A DNA stretch of 63,956 nt, counting the filler, from Psammoneis japonica (lineage: Eukaryota), in assembly GCA_008632985.1 (NCBI GenBank). It is 3 parts of 3 records of this genome, joined end to end, with 100 filler letters (N's around TTAATTAATTAA, not from the genome) between each part and the next. Parts side by side here need not be neighbours in the genome. Positions count along the whole stretch, not along the records: positions 26,772 to 53,197 come from QPGO01000421.1; positions 53,298 to 63,956 come from QPGO01000523.1; 1 more part is not named here. One strand, written 5' to 3'. Below, piece by piece: positions 51,072 to 61,616 of this stretch. The notes below the pieces were generated by a model. The model did not search any database, was not told the origin of the DNA, and saw nothing but the letters and a program-made list of their open reading frames with translations. Numbering within the stretch: the stretch's first letter is position 1; every line of letters starts with the position of its first letter. A program made the position numbers and the translations under genes.

Positions 51072-53197
51072 CTATCCCCAATAGCCATAACAATCCTTGT
51101 GAGGTATTCCGTCATCCAAGTTGATGCTGGTTATGTGTTTTTGAGTGGCAAGGTCGTGGATTTGAACAGTGTGGCTCTTCATTGTCGTCAGTTGCCCTTG
51201 TGAACCAGGCTCCTTGCGGGGATGCGTGCATTGTACCAACAGTAGCTCCGCCAGTTAACGATGCGGCTAGGTTCAACGTGCGATATGTTGAAAAGAGGTT
51301 CGATGCCATCGACGTCAACGTGGTACAGACTAAAGCCGTCATAGTTGTCTCGATTACCATACCGGTAAATTTGAAGAGGGACAATAAGAACCTTTGACCT
51401 TTGTAGGTAGCGAAAGGCGTGATGGTTCCCCTGTGCATCGCTGTACGAATAAGGAGAGTCCACTTTGTATCGTTGTACCAAACTCGGCGCAGTCAGATTA
51501 GAAACATTGAACAAACTGACTAGAAATCCTGTTGTGCGACCAGTGGTTTCATTTGCATCCTGTCCAATTCCGATGAGCATGTTGTCGTCGACGGGTGGAG
51601 ATAGTTGGAGAAACCCGTTATCTTCAACTCGCCCTTGACTTCAGGTTTCGTTGGATCTTTCAAATCCACTGCATATAATGGATCAACCTGCCGAAAGGTG
51701 ACGACGAATGCCTTGTCGTCAAAGAATCTGACGGCAAATATCCGTTCTCCCTTACCAAGGCCCTCCACAAAGCCAACGCGTTTACCGAAGTTCGCCGAAT
51801 CCTCTGCCGGTTTGTTGAAGTCGAGGATGGATATCTGACTTGAAGAATCGCTGGTAATCTGCCAAGTGCATGGTTGAGTTGTTTCGTCACGAGTGGTTTG
51901 TGGGACACAACTCCATTGAGCACTGTTCGTTGTAGCCACTCGTAGGTAACCATCATAGAAATCCATTGAGAACTGATTCAGAACATATCCCGCGACTTGC
52001 GCACCACCCACTCCCTTGGCAGCACTACCATCATCTTGCAATTCAAATACATATAGGTAAGTGCGTTCTTTCCAGTTGCGCCAGTCATTGAACCACTGAC
52101 GCCAGCCGCGTCCAGCCACGACGAGGACTTCTTTTGATACGTACACATCTACCGAGTGCGTGGGGAGAAAAGCATTCTTTGATTCAAGAGTGATTTTTTT
52201 GTCGCCAAACTCTTGGTTTATATCGAAGCTAGTGACTTTGGTGAGAGTGGTCAGCACATCAATGTTGTGGTAAAAGCCGGGCACCTTGTCCTCGGTAGTG
52301 CTGCCTGTCGTCAAGGACGATATCTTTGCAAAGTTGTGGCAGTTTCCAATGATATCTAACTCTTCTTCAAGTCTTTTAATGACGGATGGGATAAGGGCAT
52401 TTGCCTTTGCCTTTGCAGCTCTTCGATATGTCTCTGTGTCCATGCCTTGATAATCTTCTGCCCATCTCTGAAGATACTGCGAGTAGTGATTATACCAGTT
52501 GAAACTAGACATGGTAACAATGTGTCCAATAGCCGAGATGGATCGAGAAGCAATGTATCGCCCTTCCAAGTCCTGCTGTGCAAGCAATTTCAACTCTGGC
52601 ACACCGGTCTTGTCAACAACGCCTGTGTTTGTGGCAGCTAAGTCATAAACACGCAGCTGCAACTTCTCTTGTCCGCCTAGAATACGTTGGTTTACGATAT
52701 CGTTGCGGTAATAGCTCTGGTACCAACCGACAATCACAACCAATCGGTTCTTGTGAAGCAGTAAGTCCTTGATCTGAGGCTTGGAAGGGTAGTGCGGGTA
52801 GATGACGCTCAGTTCGCGCCTTGTGGGATGTGGTCATGGTCGTGCGAGTCAGAACCTTTCCTGTTGCTGCCTCCCAGCATACGAGTACGTCACCATACGC
52901 AGCACAAACAACTTCACCATTAGACTTGACAATGTCTCCCTCGTCCACCCCTGCTTCTTGATTGTTCGTTTCAAAACTATCCTCGGGTTGTGCATTGCTT
53001 TCGGTGGTGCTTTCCAAGGGACCATTGGATGCCCGTGGCCTACTGACAACCAGGCTGTCATCCACAAGAAACTTATCATCATTGCTCTGAAAGATGATGG
53101 AATTCGCAAGCGATTTCAAAGCATTCGTGATGTCAGTTCTTAGAGCGTTGCAGCTTGTACCCTTTCGCGTCAGATGCACTGAACGACGACGTTTACC
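51072..53197 (-). CDS. Beta_propel-family (PF09826-like) beta-propeller protein, 5'-truncated by contig end
   Basis: TNNQEAGVDEGDIVKSNG, GYVLNQFSMDFYDGYLRVATT, GERIFAVRF, FVVTFRQVDPLYAVDLKDP..P.VKGELKITGFSNYLHP; a few frameshifts. Confidence 0.85.
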
Positions 53198-53297
53198 NNN
53201 NNNNNNNNNNNNNNNNNNNNNNNNNNNNNNNNNNNNNNNNNTTAATTAATTAANNNNNNNNNNNNNNNNNNNNNNNNNNNNNNNNNNNNNNNNNNNN
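53198..53297. other. Artificial contig linker (N-run + TTAATTAATTAA + N-run)
   Basis: Same structure as 26672-26771. Confidence 0.95.
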
Positions 53298-55099
53298 GCC
53301 CTCCTTTGGTTTCCCAGAGTTTGGTGGCGGATACTTTGGTTCTGAGTTTCCGCGTGAATTTGCGCAAAATTATGGTTGACAATGTTCCGCTATCGAGGAG
53401 AACGCGTAGAGGCTTATTTTTCGCTTTACCTAAAGAGGTATTCATATAAGCGACGACGACTGGACTAGCATGAGTTATCTTGGCCCTTTTTCCGGGCTTC
53501 CTAATATCCAGTAGTGCGTAAGACTCCTCTTGCGGTGCAAGTCATTCCTCAGAATCGCTGCGCGTCAATTTTTCAAACTGATAATTCTCCTCGTCAAGGG
53601 TATCAGAATCATAATCTTTGCTCTTGCGCTTTTCATCGTTGTTCGAAGAACTCGCTTTGAGTAATTTTTGAACTGCTTGGACTGCCATAGCATTCAACTC
53701 TTCTTTGCGAGAGGCGTTATCGTTATCGCGACGAGACCACATGCGATTGCCATTTGAACGGCGCCATTTTGGGTCGGGTTCATAGTTCCCACGGCGTTCT
53801 TTTGCAAGTCTTTTAATCGACCAGCACTTGTCCGTATTATGAGTGGATTTTTCGCATAGAATGCACCACTTGTCGGACTGAGATTTTTCGGTGCCATGTT
53901 GGTGACCATTTTTGGAACCACGCTGGGAACCACTCTTGGCTTTCGATCCAGCACTACCACTGGGATCAGCCTTGGCATGAATGCCATCGAATACATCCTC
54001 AGCGACCTCCAGGCGCTCCAAAAACTCAACCAACTCGTTCAAAATTTCGAAACCCTGGACAGTCGACTGGCGCTGCCACTTTCGAGGTGCAAGATTGAAG
54101 AGGATATCCTTGAGCTCGTCCTCCTCGATCTTCTGATCCTTCCCAAAGGGAGGATAGAACTTGAGGTCTTCGTTGACTTCCTGGACCCAAGCAGCAATCT
54201 CGCGTACTTTCATGGACTCGGGCTTCTTGAGATCGCGACGTAGATAACGTTTCTGAACCGAAAGTGCGTTCTTAGGAAACACATGTTTCGTGAGGTGCTG
54301 TAGGCATTTCTCGAAGCTTCCTTCCATAGATTCGTCTTCAACATTCACCGCTGCATTCTCAAAAGCACGTAGAGCGTCTCCTTGTAACAACACACACATG
54401 AGACGGAACTTATCGGCTTGCTTACTGATGTTCTGGCCCACTAGAAGTTGATCGTAGCTCTTTAAAAATTCGATGTACTTGGGAACGCCCTGTTTCTTGT
54501 AGCACTCGACGTTAATCGTGTAGGTCCGACTATCCTTCTTCTCCGGATGAAAACACTGCTCCATCTTGAGACACTGGCTCGGTTTGAGGCTCTTCGGCTC
54601 GGAATTCGATTCCAACGGTTGAGGAACGATTCTTTCCTGCCTTAACGAAGTCTTGGCCTTGGTTGCCTGAGGTGAAAGCTTCATCTTGAACTAGTTACCT
54701 TCTGTGGTGTGTACACACAATGCACTATGCTCGAAGAACGAGTGTAAACGAAAGTAGAACGAAGTTCAAAAAGTGAAAATTATGAGAATTGTTTCTACGC
54801 AATCATTTTGGATTTCTCCGAACGGGTTCTCAACAGCCTAAACCTTTTGTACTGCTCCTACAGACAAAAGGCCTTTCGGAGAATATGATCGTGACAACAG
54901 ATTGTCCGGATACGATTGACATTGACACGTAAGATGTCAACATCATCGTACGATCGCATTTGCGATTCTCGACATCCGATCAACTCTGTGTGATTGATCT
55001 GTCCTTCGTACGAACCCACGATTGACGTACGATTGGAATATAAATTTATTTAATATATAGATATACATATATATAACGTACATAACAACGCACATTGCA
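53298..55099 (-). mobile_element. Ty3/Gypsy family A, 5' part: 5' LTR (54721-55099), gag (53542-54684), start of protease; TpA intact
   Basis: LTR homologous to 1855-2234. The 380-aa gag has QKRYLRR and a CILCEKSTHNTDKC knuckle. Protease motif LLDSG follows. Confidence 0.9.
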
Positions 55100-58000
55100 C
55101 GGCGATCCCGCGGAATGTTCTTTTGATTCTTTCTTTTCCACAGAAATTCTGTTCTTGTTATGTAGGAACGTTGCTGGGTTCTTCTTTAAGTGCACATCGT
55201 GTAAGGGAACATCTTGGGACTTCTTAGGAGGTCACGTATGATGTTCGAAGGTATCACGGGAAAAATCGAGAGATCCGATTCGCTCTTCATCGTTTCGACC
55301 GTTTTCTTGTGAGGATCGGATTGGCTGAAAGGGAACTTGAAGTTCGGCTAAGAAACGTCCGATCGTTTTACTATCAGTTGTTCCACGTTTACTTATGAGC
55401 TGTCCCACGTGTACTTAGGAGTCTTCTTGATTTACTTAGGAGGAAGATGTTGGATAATGGTTCATGTAGTGTGCATGTGTCTCTTGATGTATGTTCACGA
55501 CGTAGATGTGGATTGGTTCTGTCCGTAGTTCTCTATTGTTCTTTATGACGCCACAAAGTGTCTGGTCATGAGCACGACGTGACACGCGCCTCCTCCAATG
55601 AATCGCATCAGGGAGAGAAGGGAACGAGTCGCCGTGTATTTACGGTCTCAAGGTAATTTCCTTTTGGGATGATGACGGTGCCATTGGATTTTACTTCATG
55701 TATCTCGCACGGGCCAAGTCGGCGTAAGGCGAGTTTGGATCGACGAGGGTTGTCGTTTCGGAGAGAAACAAGGTCTCCTACTTTGAAGTCATGGTCGAGT
55801 CGCCGAGAGTTCTCACGCGCGTTATCTGCTTGTGCTTGTTGTCGGCGGCGAGCATAAATAGTCGGCCAGTGGATGTTGCATTGCAAGGGCAGGATCATAT
55901 CGCGTCCAAAAGCAAGTTGGCCGGCAGAGGCTTGCATGACAGTGTGTACCGTCGAGTTTATTGCCCAAGTTGCTGAGGCTAGTGTCGCATTCCACGGATT
56001 CGGTTGATTAAATACGTCGGGATCATCGACTTGTTGAGCTCGTATGCAGCTCCATAAAACATCGTGGGTTCGTTCAAGTAATGAATTCGCCTGTGGCTTC
56101 TGCACTGTTGCAGGTTTAGACTTAATCCCATAAGAAATTAGTAGTTCTTGAAATTCAACACCTGTAAATTCTGTACCGTTGTCGTGTGTGCAATAGACCG
56201 GGCGCGGGAATTTACATAACCATGCTTGGTCGAATGCTCTGGCTGTTTCCAGAGCTGAGACTGTGGAGATCTGTTCCATGCCAAAACAATGAGTAGCTAG
56301 ATCTGCCATTGTAAGGGCGGTCAACGTCAAACTTTGTCGGTTGACGCCGGTGCCAGCAGTAAAGGTAATCGGTCCGACGGTGTTGACTGCCACCTGCAAC
56401 CAGGGGTCAATCTCAAGGGCTTGTATGTCCTTGAGAGGTGTTTTTCCATACACTCTGTGGTTCTCTTTGGACCTTATACAGGTCTGGCATTGGTCTGTCT
56501 TAGTCTTGACGTCTCGGGTCAGACCTTGCCAACAGCAGCACTGTCTGAGGGTCTTCCATCCATTGGATGCCTGGATGGCACAAATTGACATGATACCAAT
56601 TCAGTAGAGGTGCTTGTAGAGTAGTAGGGATAACAATCTTGTCCTTAAAAAGGACCAGGCGCAGGTGTCCATCCTGCACCATGCAACTGTAGTCAGATAA
56701 TTCTTTCCGACTCGGGTCGGTACGAGTAAGTTGCAATACTTTTTTGCACACAGCATCATCTTGCTGTGCTTCAACAATCGTGTCAAACGAGATAGGACTG
56801 TGAGTGTTGTCGTCATATTCAAAGGCGAAACACTCTTCCAGCGTTGGATCTGCAGCTGGCATCTCTGGGTCGCTAGTCGTGGTTGCGGCATGGGACAAGA
56901 AATCCGCGAGCACATTTTTTGCTCCCGGCAGGTAAAGAATCGTGGGACCAAACTCCTCAACAATCAGCCGCCAACGACACACACGGTCTGATTTGAAATT
57001 TGCAAATGTCAGATTCTTGTGGTCCGTATAAATCGTGATCCTATGACCCAACAGGATGTCACGACACTCTCGTAGCATCATAACTATCGACAGTAGTTCT
57101 CGTTCGATGACGGGATATCTTTTTTGCGTGTCGGAGAGTTTGCGGGAGTAGAACGCTATCGGGTGCTTGCCTTGAATGACAACGCTGCCTAGCTGGCATT
57201 TTGAAGCATCGGTGTAGATGTAGAACATCTTGTTGAAATCAGGGTAGGCAAGAAGCTCGTCTCTTAATTTCTTGAAACGCTTGCTTGTGTTCGGGTTTCC
57301 ACTCAAACTTGACTGCTTTTGAGGTCATGCTCGAAAGAGGTGCCAATAGATGGGCACGAAGGCGCCACATTTCGCGATAGAAGTTTATCATTCCGATGAA
57401 ACCTCTGAGTTCTTTCTTTGTTTTGGGCGAAACCAAATTCATAATTGCGTTGACCTTTTTCGGTTGCGGTTTGATTCCGTCTCTAGTAATAATGAACCCT
57501 AGGTACTCCGTTTCTAGAGCGCAAAAGAAAGTTTTTCGCAAATTTACTCTAAAGCCTGCATCATTCAAAAGCACAAATACTTCACGCAATTGGGCGAGGT
57601 GATCATCAAAGGATCCCTTGCCAATAATCAACAGGTCGTCAATAAAAATCAGTGCGAATTCCAAGTGTCCTAACAGGTCAGTCATGACTTCTTGGAATAT
57701 GTCTGGGGCTGGTGCAAGTCCCATTGGTAATCTGCAGTAAGCATGTTTGCCAAACGGCAGCACAGTAGTCAGACACTGCTGACACTTCTGGCTGATCCGT
57801 ATTGAAAAAAATCCCATGTTCAAATCGATCGCGGTGACATAAGTGTAGCCGTGTAGCTTTCATAGCATGGTTGGTATTAAAGGTAGAGGCCACGGGCGTT
57901 GTTGTATGCATTGATTTAAAAGCCGAAAGTCGGTGACGAATTGGCAATCACCACCTTTCTTCGGTATGAACATTGAAGGAAATCCCCAAGCTGAGTCTGA

Positions 58001-61000
58001 GATCCTTCTCAGAACTCCTACTCGGCATAATCTCTCTACTTCTTCTTTTGCCATGTTGTAGTTGATCTGTGGTATGCTGTAAGGTCGGCACATGATGGGC
58101 TCGGTGCCGGGCTTAAGCTCAACATTGACCGGTGGTTGCTTGACGTATTGTCCGAGCTCTCCTTGCGTGAGACTGGAGAAGTCTTCTAGCAAGGCGATGA
58201 GAGCTTCACCTTGCTCTCTTGACAAGTGGTCAGGCACACACTCCCTTAAGTCCTCTATAGGACTATAGTCATTCGGGCGAATAGCTTTGGCCTTACGAGC
58301 CGCCATAAGCTCTTCTCGCGTCGTCGGTTGGTGCCAAAAATCCTCGGGATATCTCATCAGAAAGGACAAGTCATCCCAAGTAATGACTTTTTCTTGGAAA
58401 TCAAGCTTCATCCCAAGCTTGAATAGGACATCTCATCCCACTATAGCATCATGTAGATTCCTTGTAAGGGTGAAATGTAAAAGCATAAATCGAATTGTCG
58501 GTGCAAGGATACATCAAGGAATCGACAAAACGAGCAAGCACAACATGAGTTGTCTGATGGGTCTGCGCAAACAAGGTCTCCCACCTTGTTGGTGCTAGGG
58601 TAGCCTTATCCAGTGTGTTCCTTTTGAGAGCACATCTCTCTTTATCATTGTTCGACTGCTGCCGCTGTCGAGTGAGGCAAGTAGAACATTGTTGCTTTTG
58701 TCTCGAGTCCCATCAACTGGATCGAGTAGTTGAAGTCGCACGATACATCCGGGGTTCTTCCACTTATGTTTTTGAGGCTTTCGTGCTGCGTGTCTTTTCG
58801 GCTTTTTGTTGCTACTTTGCTCTTCTTCTTGTTCTCTGACATGGTCAGACATGCCATCTCCAAGGACTTCTTCCTCTTGGTGGAACCAAGTATGACACTC
58901 TTCATCATCTAGGTACACTGTGCCAGGTTCACAATGAAAAAAATCGTGATCACTAAATGCACTCAAATGCTCGTCACCATCACTGTGAGGATCTGGGTCA
59001 GGCATTCGTGCTGCTGGTTGTGGCTCAGGCGCCACGGCTGGCATAAGTTCATGCGTCATGTGCATACTCTCTTCATCGGTATCGGATTCTGGAGCTGCTG
59101 ACATTTTCCTGTCGGACTCGCTATTCATAAGTTCGTCTGCCGACACAGCTCGCTTCATCTTAGATGCGGTTGCTCGAGGAGAAAGTGAGCGACATTGCTC
59201 ACATGTGTAGGGTTCGGTGTCTTCGGACGTTTTCGAATGTCCTTCACCTTCTTCGAATTCGTCTGGGTGACCTGGAACACACAAGCCCCTTCTCGTAGGA
59301 TGTGTGCCTCCATGAGGGAACACTGCGTAGTCGCAATCGTCCATTCCATCTGGATACAATGCCTCTATCAACTCCTGGGCGTCCGTGCTGTTGTCATCTT
59401 CAAAAATTGATGACGTCAGAGAGGCGCGCTCGTCTGCGCTGTCTAGCTAGGGCCCCTACAGGATCGTACGGTACTCGTCATCGGCATCTTCTCCAAAAGA
59501 TGACAGCTCGTCCATACAGTAGACGACATGCGTAAGGTTGTCGACGATACTGCTGACATGCTACTGTCGGTACTCCACAAATCATCGCTGTCTGTCGATG
59601 TTGATCCGCCGTGTGGTACAAGTTCCGGCAGGCTGGATTCATCAGTTGTTTCTGCTGTGGATCCCTGTCTTTGTTGCAGCTCAAAGTTTTCTGGCAACTG
59701 AACGCAGTAGTTCTCCCTCCACGTAAGTATCACATTCTCCGTCTGATTCTTCATAAGAATAGCTCGTATCGTCTTCCTGTATCTCAAGTCCGTCTTCTTG
59801 TTCGTAAGGTTCGGGTTCAGCACCATCTCTTATGCTAAGTAGTTCCAGTTGTTCAGCTGGGGCTGTGTCTGTACTATTGTCCGGGTTCTGGACTGGTGGA
59901 GCTTCTTCTGGCTCGTTCACGGCACTTATTTCTTGCCGGTTCGTTCGGGTACGTCCTCTCTGTTGACCATAGCCTTGAGGACGGTTCCTATCACGCTGTA
60001 AGTTGGCTTGGTATCGAGTAGGATATCGATGTGGTTGGTTAGGAGGAGCTCCGGTGTTGTTGTTATTGTTGTTGCTTGGTCGTATCGCTCGGTCGCCTCC
60101 ATGTCCGTATGCGGTTCGGTAGCCGTGAGTGGGGGTACGTCTCTGGAATCGCCGTTGGTTACTTGACAACCTTCTCTCTTGTTGGGCCTTCTTCTTCTGT
60201 AGGAAGGATTCAATGGTGGAATAGTATGTCTCCAAGTCTGCCATACCATACTCACCTCTGTGTCCGACGGATGGTTGGAATTTCTCGCGCCAATCATCTG
60301 GCACAGCGTGCTCTGCTGCATAAGTCAACTCTTGGTCGGTGAGAGGGGCTCTCTCTTCTGCAGAGCCTCTCATGTAGGGTACTAGCTCATTGATTTCCGA
60401 AACTCTGGAGGTGAAATCAATGAAGGTAGACTCTCTTGGCTTGCGCGTGGAGCGCAAGTACTGTTTCTGTGCCGCCGCTGAGTTTTGCGGAAGCAATCCA
60501 GCAGTGACGGTCTCTACTGCTGCATTAAATTGTTCTGGGGTAAGATCTTGTGGGTCTTCAACTAGAGCTCTGACAGCTCTTTGGTGTCGGTCCTTTATAG
60601 AGCCTTTGGTTAGGCACAGCATCTGGCAATGGAGGACTGGTCCGGTAGTCCAGTGCTTGAGCTTTCTTAGCTCATGAAAGTTCTTCAAGAACACTAGGTA
60701 CTTCTCCTTGTTGGAGGTATCACACTGATGGATGTGGAATGCCACAGTGTCTTCCGGGTCTTCCGGGTCAGGCGCAACCTTGTACTTGATTAGGTTCGCA
60801 ACGTCGTCCACTACGTTGGGGTACGACTTATATAACTTCACAATCGCTTGACTAGTCATGTTCTCCTGTACTGTATAAGTATTATCTTGAGGTAATGCTC
60901 TAAAGTGCTATTCTTCAGTTCCGTTGAACTGGGGGCTACGTACGTAGGCTTTCTTCGCCTTAAGTAGAATGCTCAGTGCTTTGCTGAGAGACGGCATTGT

Positions 61001-61616
61001 CACAATGATGCGCCACTGTTTGATCAAAGTGTCATGTGGCACAAGGCCTATTGTGGGTGATTGTGGTAAATTTAAGAGTCGTTCATGAAAAGTGAGACTA
61101 TAAAAGTGTAAAATTATGAAGTGAACTTCTGGAGCGGCGATCCCGCGGAATGTTCTTTTGATTCTTTCTTTTCCACAGAAATTCTGTTCTTGTTATGTAG
61201 GAACGTTGCTGGGTTCTTCTTTAAGTGTACATCGTGTAAGGGAACGTCTTGGGACTTCTTAGGAGGTCACGTATGATGTCCGAAGGCATCACGGGAAAAA
61301 TCGAGAGATCCGATTCGCTCTTCATCGTTTCGACCGTTTTCTTGTGAGGATCGGATTGGCTGAAAGGGAACTTGAAGTTCATCTAAGAAACGTCCGATCG
61401 TTTTACCATCAGTTGTTCCACGTTTGCTCATGAGCTGTCCCACGTGTACTTAGGAGTCTTCTTGATTTACTTAGGAGGAAGATGTTGGATAATGGTTCAT
61501 GCAGTGTGCATGTGTCTCTTGATGTATGTTCACGTAGATGTGGATTGGTTCTGTCCGTAGTTCTCTATTGTTCTTTATGACGTCACGAAGTGTCTGGTCA
61601 TGAGCATGACGTGACA
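55100..61616 (-). mobile_element. Near-complete Ty3/Gypsy family B: 5' LTR about 60998-61616, gag, PR, RT, RNase H, INT, PPT, 3' LTR 55100-55584 (interrupted by family A)
   Basis: gag 59681-60859 (QKQYLR); LDSGSS; WGFPSMFIPKK, LPMGL, FIDDLL; TDASK, IAFYSRKL, YTDHKNL; HDNGTEF, QANSLLER. PPT GGAGGAGG precedes TGTCAC. The LTR copies match over about 485 bp. Confidence 0.93.
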
